Shown here: piece by piece, positions 41,728 to 54,800 of the stretch
Position numbering within the stretch: the first letter of the stretch is position 1
Layout of the letters: each line of letters opens with the position of its first letter
Assembly (NCBI GenBank): GCA_964016885.1
Contig: OZ024743.1
Location: 256,122,001 to 256,186,000 of the forward strand
DNA from: Eledone cirrhosa
Taxonomy: Eukaryota
Direction: 5' to 3'
DNA: 64,000 nt
Translations under genes and position numbers: made by a program
The notes under the pieces: generated by a model
The model's input: only the letters and a program-made list of their open reading frames with translations
The model's database searches: none
What the model was told of the DNA's origin: nothing

Positions 41728-43435
41728 CAGTTCGGGTTTGTGTCAGGCAAAAGTACCACAGACGCTCTTTTCATTGTACGACAACTACAGGTGAAGTACC
41801 TAGCTAAAGGTAAACCCCTCTACTTAGCTTTTGTCGACTTGGAGAAAGCCTTCGACAGAGTCCCCCACTCTATTATCTGGTGGGCTCTTAGAAAACTAGG
41901 CATTGACGAATGGCTTGTGAGGGCTATACAAGCCATGTATAAAGAAACAGTCAGCAAGGTTAGAATTAACAACGAATATAGTGAAGAGTTTAGCGTAAAA
42001 GTTGGCGTCCATCAGGGCTCTGTTCTCAGCCCCCTACTATTTATTATTGCCCTTCAGGCTATAACAGAGGAGTTCAAGACCGGCTGTCCATGGGAACTCC
42101 TATACGCAGACGACCTGACACTCATAGCGGAATCAATGGCCGAGCTAGAGAAGAAATTCCAAACATGGAAGCACGGCCTAGAGTCAAAAGGACTTAAAAT
42201 TAACCTGGCTAAGACTAAAGTTCTAGTTTGTAGGAAAGAAAACAAGGCGGTGGTCCCTTCTGGGAAATGGTCGTGCTCGGTGTGTAGGAAAGGCGTAGGT
42301 AGAAACTCCATTTTATGTCCTAAATGCAAAGTATGGGTGCATAAAAGATGTAGTGCGATCAAAGGTAAGCTAACTAAGAACATAGATTTTACATGTGGCC
42401 GGTGCTCTGGTGCAATAAGTAGCAGCAAGTGCCCACAAAATACTAGCTCTTTCAATTGCGCAGAGTGTTCTATAGAAATAGTGGACAGCTTCCGTTACCT
42501 GGGCGATAAAATCAGCAGTGGGGGAGGGTGCTCTGAAAGTACAGTAGCTAGAGTCAGAACTGGTTGGAAAAAGTTCAGAGAGCTTATACCACTATTAGCT
42601 GCTAAAGGGATCTCCCTAAAAATGAAAGGCAGGTTGTACGATGCCTGCATACGAACAGCAATGTTGCATGGCAGTGAGACCTGGGCATTGTGTGCAGAGG
42701 ATATACGCAGACTAGAGAGGAACGAAGCTCGCATGCTCCACTGGATGTGTAACAGTAATATACGTGAACGGCAAAGCATAAACGAACTAAGGAAAAAATT
42801 AGAGATAAGAGGGATCAGATGTTGTTTACTCGAGAGAAGGGTACGTTGGTATGGACACGTGATGCGCATGAAAGTCAATAGCTGTATAACAAAGTGCAGG
42901 GCAATAAAGATAGACGGTAGCCACGGAATAGGCAGACCTAGAAAAACCTGGGACGAGCTGATAAACTCCGACCTCACACACTTACACCTCTCCAAGACAA
43001 TGTCACTGGACCGAGACCTTTGGCGGTACTCAGTAACAGAGAAGACCCGCCTTACCTAAATACATAGTAAAACCTACTACAGTCAGTAGGCATCTCTAAC
43101 AAAATACACCCCGTCCCACCCCCACCACCCCCACCCCATCCACATCACCCCGTTCTATGTAAAGTTATGTTGGTGCCGCGCCATCCAGGCCGAAACAAAT
43201 GAGATTGTGTAGGTGTCACGACAAAAAAACACACAGTCCACGCTCTAATGTGGCCATGTAGGCAACACGGTAAAAACCTCCCAGTCCCACACTGTAAATG
43301 TGGTTGGTGTTAGGAAGGGCATCCAACTGTAGAAAACCTGCCAGACAGTCCTATGCGAGCAAGACAATCACTCTTGCCTCAAGTGGGACTACCCCCGTCC
43401 AAACCCATGCAAGCGTGGAACACGGACGTTAAACG

Positions 43436-43465
<30 letters not shown>
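41728..43465 (+). mobile_element. RTE LINE, 5'-truncated, with an open 439-codon RT/PHD/C-terminal frame and long 3' UTR
   Basis: QFGF, AFVDLEKAFD, GVHQGS, YADD, C4HC3 finger 42274-42405, FRYLG, GRPRKTW; (tga)n tail. A degraded minus-strand RT fragment follows at 43466-43860. Confidence 0.95.
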
Positions 43466-43467
<2 letters not shown>

Positions 43468-43879
43468 ATTTCTACCAACTCCTTTCCTGAACACTTAGCA
43501 AGGCCATTTCCCTTTCTACTTACTAGGACTTTAGTCTTTGCCAAGTTGATTTAAAGGCTTTTGGTTCCAAGATGTGCTACCAGGTTAGGAATTTCTTCTC
43601 TAATTCTACCATAGATTTGGATATGTGGGTAAGATCATTGGCATATAAGAGTCCTAATGGGTAGCCAGTTTTGAGCTCTTCTGTTATTGCTTGCAGGACA
43701 ACAATAAACAGGAGGCTCTAAGAATAGACCCCTAATGGACCCCCATTTGTACCCTAAATTCCTCACTATAATCATTGTTATTACAATTCCTCTGTACATG
43801 GCTTGAACTGTCCACACAAGCCACTCATCTACCCTTAGCCTTCTAAAAGCTCACAAGATTATGTATATATATATATATA

Positions 43880-44310
43880 AACTTAAGAAAATTAACAAAG
43901 AAAGGACAAGGCAATGAACGGAAACTAATCAAAATGAAAAACAATTTTTTAAGGGGAAACCTTAAAAACAATAAATATGCAAACGAAGGACATAGCACTC
44001 CATGATCATCAGCATGGGCAGTTTCGACCCCCTACCAATGGTATGGCTGGCCATCTAGGGTCACAGCATCTGACATAAGCCAAACACTGTCAAGGCAATG
44101 AATGGAAACAAAACAAAATGAAAAACAATTGTTTAAGGGGAAACCTTAAATTATTATTTTAAAATAAATATACAAATGAAGGACACAGAACTCGATGGTC
44201 ATCGGCCGTTGAGATGGACTTGGGCAGTTTTGACCCCTGCCAATGGTCTAATCGGCGTCTCAGCATTTGATATAAACCAAATGCTGTCCAGTGGAGTAAG
44301 AGACGAGAGA
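43880..44310 (-). repeat. Diverged dimer of a ~184-198-bp unit, each with a degenerate HHR
   Basis: caaggcaatgaa at 43907 and 44091. The two copies together reconstruct agatg-CTGA(T)GA-(ga)ccc...gggtc-GAAA-ct-gccca-ag-TC-catct. Confidence 0.6.
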
Positions 44311-44664
44311 GAAAATATTAATTTATAGCTGTTAATTTACGAAACATAGAATTTTGTGACGTATTAGTCTGTTTGTATTTGAAACATTTATTTGTTGCCA
44401 GAATGATATCAAAACATTTCCTCAAATTCTACAGCTGCTTTAGGGATGATATTTTACAAACTATGATAAATTTAACTTCTCAAAGAATGTGTTACATTGT
44501 ATTGAGAGAAAACAGGAAGTATATATTTACAAAGAAAGTAAAGAAATACTTTGTTTCTTAAGTGTGACATTAATTCAACAATTTATTATTGTTAAATAAT
44601 ATTCCACCTGTGATTGCATGATTTTATTTTTACTCCCATATTTATTTTGTTGTGCATGTATTAT

Positions 44665-44915
44665 ATCATCATCATCGTTTAACATCTATCTTCCACGCTA
44701 GCATCGGTTTAGACGGGAATTGTCCCACTTGAGGCAAGATTGGTTGTCTTGCTCGTATAGGACTGTCTGGCAGGTTTTCTACGGCTGGATGCCCTTCCTA
44801 ACACCAACCATGTTTACAGTGTGGACTGGGAGGTTTTTACCGTGTTACCTACACAGCCACATTACAACCTGGACTGTGTGTTTTTTTTGTCGTGACACCT
44901 ACATGATCTCCTTTA
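44665..44915 (-). mobile_element. SINE/LINE 3' end fragment
   Basis: Reverse complement of 43200-43445. Confidence 0.8.
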
Positions 44916-45125
44916 TATAGGACTGTATATATATATAAATATATAATCAGAAATATAGACAATATGGGGTCAAATGAACCATAGACAGCTCAATGATTAA
45001 TTGTAAAAAAAAATTAAATTCATAGCAGTATATATAAACAATTAAATAACATGTTTTGACATGCAAAACAAAGCGAGACGTGAGCGAAATAAATTTCAAG
45101 TAAAGATTTTTACACTCACATCAAT

Positions 45126-45220
45126 TTCCCTAACTGCAGTTCAAAATGCAAGAACAATATTAATTATCTTAATCAATGAAAACAATTAATTTTGCAAGAG
45201 ATGTTTATCATCAGAGGGAA
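45126..45220 (-). ncRNA. Type I hammerhead ribozyme with a 1-nt core deletion
   Basis: ttccct-CTGATGA-...-GAA(-)-C-TGCA-GTT-agggaa. Perfect 6-bp stem I, palindromic loop 3, stem II eroded. Confidence 0.65.
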
Positions 45221-45620
45221 TCTTCAACCATAAGGAAATATATACATGTAATACAAAGAAAAATATTCACCAGTCATCAAATACATTATCGCATGCATTA
45301 TGAGATGGCTTGGATAAAAACAGTTCTAGTCCTGTAGAAGCTCTTCTATATATATATATATATATAAATGAAAGGTATAGAAATTGTTTTAGCGAGAAGC
45401 TAACAGTATTCTATAATATATATGCGACTATGTCGTCAAGATGGGAAAGATAGTTAATGTAAGATGTAGGAAAAAATAATTCAAACTCATCTCAAAAAGA
45501 GAATCAGGATACAAATTCATCCACAGAATTTAGTGAAATCCAGGGAAAAATCAATAGACCCTTAACTCATGATAAAATAAATTTAAAACACTTATCCTTC
45601 AATTTGGAAAAACATCAAAT

Positions 45621-45700
45621 GCTCTGTATAGTCTTAAAGACTATTTCGTGAAAACTTTCAGTGGAGATGGTCACGGTTGGATTTCAATCGTCAGCAGAGC
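45621..45700 (-). ncRNA. Type I hammerhead ribozyme (family C) in (TA)n-flanked element from 45366
   Basis: gctctg-CTGACGA-ttgaaa...tttcac-GAAA-tagtct(tta)agacta-TA-cagagc. Stems I and III perfect, U.C at 10.1/11.1. Confidence 0.87.
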
Positions 45701-45927
45701 TCAACAGATAACCAGGGCTACCACAGAATTATAAGACAAAAAGGGAATTCTAAAACTGGCTAGTTCACCATCATGCGTCATTATGAAAAGCGCACATGAG
45801 GAAAAACGGGGCTAGTGACGTCAGAATGAAAATGAGTGTTTGTTTACAAGAAATAACAGTCAAATACATTATCACATTTTTATTGTTTTCGTGAAATTTT
45901 TACTTCTTTATATTCATGGATGTGTGT

Positions 45928-45982
<55 letters not shown>

Positions 45983-48068
45983 TGTCTTTATTTTGTACTC
46001 CTGAAGAAGGGCTTAAGCCCAACAAATCAATCTTTCTTTCCTCTTTTCCATAGAAAGCATGAAACTAATAAGACTTGTGTACCTTTGTTGTCTCATTGAA
46101 CTATATATATATCCCATTAGAGCTGTAATAAAGTATTTATGACCATTTTAGAACTTAATGTAGTGTTGATGTGAATATCACATTGTAACAAAATGAAATC
46201 TATTTTTGTCGAAAAATGACATCCCCAAATATGTTGTTTAGTTTTCAAACCTACATAGACATAGACAGCTGAATAGATGTGATTTCTTGAGACTAATGAT
46301 ATGGAGTTACTTAACTGCCACCAATTACTCTACACATTGTTAATTGTTTCTCACTGAAACGCTCATAAACAATAGTAACTACTTCATATCTTATTCTTTC
46401 ATTGTTTAAAATTATAATATCTTCATCATTGTTTAACATCCATCTTCCACTCTAGCATAGGTTGGATGGTTTTGTCCCACTTGAGGTGAGATTAGTTGGG
46501 AGACTGTGTCTCTCTCGTACATAACTGTCTCTCGCAGGTTTTTTATAGCTGCATGCTCTTCCTAACACCAACCACATATCAAACTCATGACATGTCTGTC
46601 TGATGACTCTGTAAACACAGGTGAAGTTCCAATGTAAGAGGACACTGACAGATACTATATATATATAGTATTATCATGGATAAATCAGTGTTCTGTCACA
46701 CTGGCAATTCACCTGTATGATTACACAGTCATCAGACAGCCATGATGTGAGTGCATTGTGTCCCTGCACAAAACGCTTTATTTTACATTGCTTCAGTCGA
46801 AAACTGAGTTGAACCTGTGAGTCAAGGGTCAGCCTTGTCACACAGTGTGGCATGCTGAATTTTCATGAGAGATAAGAGCTACATTGATGGTACATGTGTC
46901 TGTGGGATGCTCAACAACTTGCATGCTAATTACATGAGCAGGCTACACTATTGATCAAACTGAAACCCTTGTCATCAGAACTAACTGTGTACATGTATGT
47001 ATGTGTGTACATATATATATATTGTAGGCATATACATTCATGTACATATCTATGTATGTATAAACATATACATATCTGAATAGAAATGATGGCGTCTCAC
47101 TGCCTCATAGGTATTAACATTCTAATCTGTTGGTATGACACAGATTTGTTTCTTTCCATTTTAATGTCATTTTTTTCTTAGATAACATTTATATTTACCG
47201 ATTCTCTTAAGTGCAGTAGATGATTCATGAATAAATTATTGTTTTCCAGAATTTATTTCCAAATTATCTTCAATCATAAATAAAGACATTAGTCCTCAAT
47301 ATACTGGGATTCACACACATCATAGACACAAACTACCAAGATCTTATCACCTCCTCACCAGCAGCTGCACCATCACTAATATCACAGCAACCAGCGCCAG
47401 CCTTACCAGTGCCACTGACATTCCTCCACTACCACCATCACCACAATCAGCACCAATATCTCCAGTGTCCCTGCCACCCTATCCACCAGTATCACCAGTG
47501 TCTGTTTTCTTCTGGAATGTTCTTGTTGTTGATGTTGCTTTAGTTGTTTTATTTGATATATTTTTTATTTGTGTTTATGTAATTCATGTCCATTATCACA
47601 TTTTTATTGTTTTCGTGAAATTTTTACTTCTTTATATTCATGGATGTGTGTACAAATACATATATACACTAAGAATGATATATATGAATATACTCACACA
47701 CAACTACATATTCTCGGACCGGGTGATGTGTTGTTTCCTTGAGCAAGACTTTATTTCACATTGCTCCAGTTTACTCAGCTGTAGAAATGAGATGATAGGA
47801 CTGGGGTCCTTATCATTCCACTGCAAAGTTGTTGTGGCGGTACCACGACAAAAAAGCACCCAGCCCACACTGTAAAGTGGACGTGTAGGCGCCATGGAAA
47901 AAAAAAGCACCCAGCATTCACCGTAAATGAGGCTGGTGTTAGGAAGGGCATCCAGCTGTAGAAATCAAGCCAGAATCAGTTCCTCTATGAACAAGACAAG
48001 GTCAGCCCACAACAGGACAACCCGCCTAACCCATGCTAGCATGGAAGAATGGACGTGAAATGGTGATG

Positions 48069-48099
<31 letters not shown>

Positions 48100-48789
48100 C
48101 ACACACACATATATCTACACACACACACATATATATAGAAACATATTTACATACATATATTTGAATTTGTACCACATACATATATATATATATATATATA
48201 TATGTATATTTATATATGTATTATTTATGTATGTAATACAAAATTCTTAATTTTGGTGATGAAATATATTGTTATTATTGTTGTTATGGGAGTGTAAACA
48301 AGAAGTTCTGTGAGAAAAGACAGAAGTTGTAGAAAACAAGTAAACTTTATTTCGATCCCAAAACAACAAAATCAAGATGGAATCCATTTATATAGCAATA
48401 TCAATTTACACACACGTGTGTATGTATGTACATATATATATATATATATCATTCCCACAACAGACGTCTGACGAGCTTTCAATTCGAGAGTCGGGCTAGA
48501 TCGAACCTTGAGCTGATAAATAACAAAACACGCATCACTACTCAACAAACGTAATGAAGACTTGACAAATCATCCTTTTTACTATTATTTTTATAATATA
48601 TATAGGGGGTGAATTGGCCGTATTGGTGGAGGTTCGGATGCCATGCTTTCCAGCATAGTTATGCCCCTTTACAGTCTGAGTTCAAATTCAGATTAACTTT
48701 GCCTTTCATCCTTACAGGATCGATGAAATAAAGTAATAGTAATGTACTGGGTAATTGCTGGCCTTGTGCAAAATATAGAAACAAATATC

Positions 48790-48854
<65 letters not shown>

Positions 48855-48858
<4 letters not shown>

Positions 48859-51800
48859 CTTTGCCTGCTGTCCGAACGAAAATCATGTAAACGTAAGGTA
48901 CAGACTTCATCTCTCTCTCCTCTCTCTCTCTCATTTCGTATTTCAAGTCCAAATAGCCATTCTATCGCTAAAACAAACTACATTTTCTGTTCCTATTAAG
49001 TGCTAAATACGTTTAGGTTTTTGGACGTATTTAACTGAACAAATTTTGTATTTTTGTTAATCGCTTGTTAAATGCATAGACAAATCTCAATCATTACCTT
49101 CTTGCTAGCTATTTTCAAACCTTAATTCCTAACGTATTTTCAAACCCCAAAAAAAGCAAAATCCTTTCCTTCTTCCTTCTTCGAAGGCACGGGGCGGTCA
49201 AACGCCTAACACCCACAGCCATCATGTGGCCCCCTACCCTCGCACTCTCTCTCTCTCTCTCTCTCTCCCTATAAATATATGATAGGAATTCACTTCGCCA
49301 AATTTCATTTCTTTGCCTGCTGTCCGAACGAAAATCATGTAAACGTAAGGTACAGACTTCATCTCTCTCTCCTCTCTCTCTCTCATTTCGTATTTCAAGT
49401 CCAAATAGCCATTCTATCGCTAAAACAAACTACATTTTCTGTTCCTATTAAGTGCTAAATACGTTTAGGTTTTTGGACGTATTTAACTGAACAAATTTTG
49501 TATTTTTGTTAATCGCTTGTTAAATGCATAGACAAATCTCAATCATTACCTTCTTGCTAGCTATTTTCAAACCTTAATTCCTAACGTATTTTCAAACCCC
49601 AAAAAAAGCAAAATCCTTTCCTTCTTCCTTCTTCGAAGGCACGGGGCGGTCAAACGCCTAACACCCACAGCCATCATGTGGCCCCCTACCCTCGCACTCT
49701 CTCTCTCTCTCTCTCTCTCCCTATAAATATATGATAGGAATTCACTTCGCCAAATTTCATTTCTTTGCCTGCTGTCCGAACGAAAATCATGTAAACGTAA
49801 GGTACAGACTTCATCTCTCTCTCCTCTCTCTCTCTCATTTCGTATTTCAAGTCCAAATAGCCATTCTATCGCTAAAACAAACTACATTTTCTGTTCCTAT
49901 TAAGTGCTAAATACGTTTAGGTTTTTGGACGTATTTAACTGAACAAATTTTGTATTTTTGTTAATCGCTTGTTAAATGCATAGACAAATCTCAATCATTA
50001 CCTTCTTGCTAGCTATTTTCAAACCTTAATTCCTAACGTATTTTCAAACCCCAAAAAAAGCAAAATCCTTTCCTTCTTCCCTCTTCGAAGGCACGGGGCG
50101 GTCAAACGCCTAACACCCACAGCCATCATGTGGCCCCCTACCCTCGCACTCTCTCTCTCTCTCTCTCTCTCCCTATAAATATATGATAGGAATTCACTTC
50201 GCCAAATTTCATTTCTTTGCCTGCTGTCCGAACGAAAATCATGTAAACGTAAGGTACAGACTTCATCTCTCTCTCCTCTCTCTCTCTCATTTCGTATTTC
50301 AAGTCCAAATAGCCATTCTATCGCTAAAACAAACTACATTTTCTGTTCCTATTAAGTGCTAAATACGTTTAGGTTTTTGGACGTATTTAACTGAACAAAT
50401 TTTGTATTTTTGTTAATCGCTTGTTAAATGCATAGACAAATCTCAATCATTACCTTCTTGCTAGCTATTTTCAAACCTTAATTCCTAACGTATTTTCAAA
50501 CCCCAAAAAAAGCAAAATCCTTTCCTTCTTCCTTCTTCGAAGGCACGGGGCGGTCAAACGCCTAACACCCACAGCCATCATGTGGCCCCCTACCCTCGCA
50601 CTCTCTCTCTCTCTCTCTCTCTCTCTCCCTATAAATATATGATAGGAATTCACTTCGCCAAATTTCATTTCTTTGCCTGCTGTCCGAACGAAAATCATGT
50701 AAACGTAAGGTACAGACTTCATCTCTCTCTCCTCTCTCTCTCTCATTTCGTATTTCAAGTCCAAATAGCCATTCTATCGCTAAAACAAACTACATTTTCT
50801 GTTCCTATTAAGTGCTAAATACGTTTAGGTTTTTGGACGTATTTAACTGAACAAATTTTGTATTTTTGTTAATCGCTTGTTAAATGCATAGACAAATCTC
50901 AATCATTACCTTCTTGCTAGCTATTTTCAAACCTTAATTCCTAACGTATTTTCAAACCCCAAAAAAAGCAAAATCCTTTCCTTCTTCCTTCTTCGAAGGC
51001 ACGGGGCGGTCAAACGCCTAACACCCACAGCCATCATGTGGCCCCCTACCCTCGCACTCTCTCTCTCTCTCTCTCTCTCCCTATAAATATATGATAGGAA
51101 TTCACTTCGCCAAATTTCATTTCTTTGCCTGCTGTCCGAACGAAAATCATGTAAACGTAAGGTACAGACTTCATCTCTCTCTCCTCTCTCTCTCTCATTT
51201 CGTATTTCAAGTCCAAATAGCCATTCTATCGCTAAAACAAACTACATTTTCTGTTCCTATTAAGTGCTAAATACGTTTAGGTTTTTGGACGTATTTAACT
51301 GAACAAATTTTGTATTTTTGTTAATCGCTTGTTAAATGCATAGACAAATCTCAATCATTACCTTCTTGCTAGCTATTTTCAAACCTTAATTCCTAACGTA
51401 TTTTCAAACCCCAAAAAAAGCAAAATCCTTTCCTTCTTCCTTCTTCGAAGGCACGGGGCGGTCAAACGCCTAACACCCACAGCCATCATGTGGCCCCCTA
51501 CCCTCGCACTCTCTCTCTCTCTCTCTCTCTCCCTATAAATATATGATAGGAATTCACTTCGCCAAATTTCATTTCTTTGCCTGCTGTCCGAACGAAAATC
51601 ATGTAAACGTAAGGTACAGACTTCATCTCTCTCTCCTCTCTCTCTCTCATTTCGTATTTCAAGTCCAAATAGCCATTCTATCGCTAAAACAAACTACATT
51701 TTCTGTTCCTATTAAGTGCTAAATACGTTTAGGTTTTTGGACGTATTTAACTGAACAAATTTTGTATTTTTGTTAATCGCTTGTTAAATGCATAGACAAA

Positions 51801-54800
51801 TCTCAATCATTACCTTCTTGCTAGCTATTTTCAAACCTTAATTCCTAACGTATTTTCAAACCCCAAAAAAAGCAAAATCCTTTCCTTCTTCCTTCTTCGA
51901 AGGCACGGGGCGGTCAAACGCCTAACACCCACAGCCATCATGTGGCCCCCTACCCTCGCACTCTCTCTCTCTCTCTCTCTCTCCCTATAAATATATGATA
52001 GGAATTCACTTCGCCAAATTTCATTTCTTTGCCTGCTGTCCGAACGAAAATCATGTAAACGTAAGGTACAGACTTCATCTCTCTCTCCTCTCTCTCTCTC
52101 ATTTCGTATTTCAAGTCCAAATAGCCATTCTATCGCTAAAACAAACTACATTTTCTGTTCCTATTAAGTGCTAAATACGTTTAGGTTTTTGGACGTATTT
52201 AACTGAACAAATTTTGTATTTTTGTTAATCGCTTGTTAAATGCATAGACAAATCTCAATCATTACCTTCTTGCTAGCTATTTTCAAACCTTAATTCCTAA
52301 CGTATTTTCAAACCCCAAAAAAAGCAAAATCCTTTCCTTCTTCCTTCTTCGAAGGCACGGGGCGGTCAAACGCCTAACACCCACAGCCATCATGTGGCCC
52401 CCTACCCTCGCACTCTCTCTCTCTCTCTCTCTCTCCCTATAAATATATGATAGGAATTCACTTCGCCAAATTTCATTTCTTTGCCTGCTGTCCGAACGAA
52501 AATCATGTAAACGTAAGGTACAGACTTCATCTCTCTCTCCTCTCTCTCTCTCATTTCGTATTTCAAGTCCAAATAGCCATTCTATCGCTAAAACAAACTA
52601 CATTTTCTGTTCCTATTAAGTGCTAAATACGTTTAGGTTTTTGGACGTATTTAACTGAACAAATTTTGTATTTTTGTTAATCGCTTGTTAAATGCATAGA
52701 CAAATCTCAATCATTACCTTCTTGCTAGCTATTTTCAAACCTTAATTCCTAACGTATTTTCAAACCCCAAAAAAAGCAAAATCCTTTCCTTCTTCCTTCT
52801 TCGAAGGCACGGGGCGGTCAAACGCCTAACACCCACAGCCATCATGTGGCCCCCTACCCTCGCACTCTCTCTCTCTCTCTCTCTCTCCCTATAAATATAT
52901 GATAGGAATTCACTTCGCCAAATTTCATTTCTTTGCCTGCTGTCCGAACGAAAATCATGTAAACGTAAGGTACAGACTTCATCTCTCTCTCCTCTCTCTC
53001 TCTCATTTCGTATTTCAAGTCCAAATAGCCATTCTATCGCTAAAACAAACTACATTTTCTGTTCCTATTAAGTGCTAAATACGTTTAGGTTTTTGGACGT
53101 ATTTAACTGAACAAATTTTGTATTTTTGTTAATCGCTTGTTAAATGCATAGACAAATCTCAATCATTACCTTCTTGCTAGCTATTTTCAAACCTTAATTC
53201 CTAACGTATTTTCAAACCCCAAAAAAAGCAAAATCCTTTCCTTCTTCCTTCTTCGAAGGCACGGGGCGGTCAAACGCCTAACACCCACAGCCATCATGTG
53301 GCCCCCTACCCTCGCACTCTCTCTCTCTCTCTCTCTCTCCCTATAAATATATGATAGGAATTCACTTCGCCAAATTTCATTTCTTTGCCTGCTGTCCGAA
53401 CGAAAATCATGTAAACGTAAGGTACAGACTTCATCTCTCTCTCCTCTCTCTCTCTCATTTCGTATTTCAAGTCCAAATAGCCATTCTATCGCTAAAACAA
53501 ACTACATTTTCTGTTCCTATTAAGTGCTAAATACGTTTAGGTTTTTGGACGTATTTAACTGAACAAATTTTGTATTTTTGTTAATCGCTTGTTAAATGCA
53601 TAGACAAATCTCAATCATTACCTTCTTGCTAGCTATTTTCAAACCTTAATTCCTAACGTATTTTCAAACCCCAAAAAAAGCAAAATCCTTTCCTTCTTCC
53701 TTCTTCGAAGGCACGGGGCGGTCAAACGCCTAACACCCACAGCCATCATGTGGCCCCCTACCCTCGCACTCTCTCTCTCTCTCTCTCTCTCCCTATAAAT
53801 ATATGATAGGAATTCACTTCGCCAAATTTCATTTCTTTGCCTGCTGTCCGAACGAAAATCATGTAAACGTAAGGTACAGACTTCATCTCTCTCTCCTCTC
53901 TCTCTCTCATTTCGTATTTCAAGTCCAAATAGCCATTCTATCGCTAAAACAAACTACATTTTCTGTTCCTATTAAGTGCTAAATACGTTTAGGTTTTTGG
54001 ACGTATTTAACTGAACAAATTTTGTATTTTTGTTAATCGCTTGTTAAATGCATAGACAAATCTCAATCATTACCTTCTTGCTAGCTATTTTCAAACCTTA
54101 ATTCCTAACGTATTTTCAAACCCCAAAAAAAGCAAAATCCTTTCCTTCTTCCTTCTTCGAAGGCACGGGGCGCGGTCAAACGCCTAACACCCACAGCCAT
54201 CATGTGGCCCCCTACCCTCGCACTCTCTCTCTCTCTCTCTCTCTCCCTATAAATATATGATAGGAATTCACTTCGCCAAATTTCATTTCTTTGCCTGCTG
54301 TCCGAACGAAAATCATGTAAACGTAAGGTACAGACTTCATCTCTCTCTCCTCTCTCTCTCTCATTTCGTATTTCAAGTCCAAATAGCCATTCTATCGCTA
54401 AAACAAACTACATTTTCTGTTCCTATTAAGTGCTAAATACGTTTAGGTTTTTGGACGTATTTAACTGAACAAATTTTGTATTTTTGTTAATCGCTTGTTA
54501 AATGCATAGACAAATCTCAATCATTACCTTCTTGCTAGCTATTTTCAAACCTTAATTCCTAACGTATTTTCAAACCCCAAAAAAAGCAAAATCCTTTCCT
54601 TCTTCCTTCTTCGAAGGCACGGGGCGGTCAAACGCCTAACACCCACAGCCATCATGTGGCCCCCTACCCTCGCACTCTCTCTCTCTCTCTCTCTCTCCCT
54701 ATAAATATATGATAGGAATTCACTTCGCCAAATTTCATTTCTTTGCCTGCTGTCCGAACGAAAATCATGTAAACGTAAGGTACAGACTTCATCTCTCTCT

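Noticed and set aside
45995-46080. CTGAAGA...GAAACTAATA HHR candidate
   Set aside because: Stems I and III do not pair convincingly; at most a heavily decayed relic.
46588-46745. CTGATGA in both arms of a short inverted repeat
   Set aside because: No GAAA/NUH or helices; just a small degenerate inverted repeat around a TA tract.
49185-49245. Twister-like (cgcctaacac) or HDV/CPEB3-like (gggggccaca) ribozyme in the GC-rich part of the 452-bp unit
   Set aside because: Only short word matches; the twister P4 loop and pseudoknots and the HDV P1 3' strand cannot be formed.
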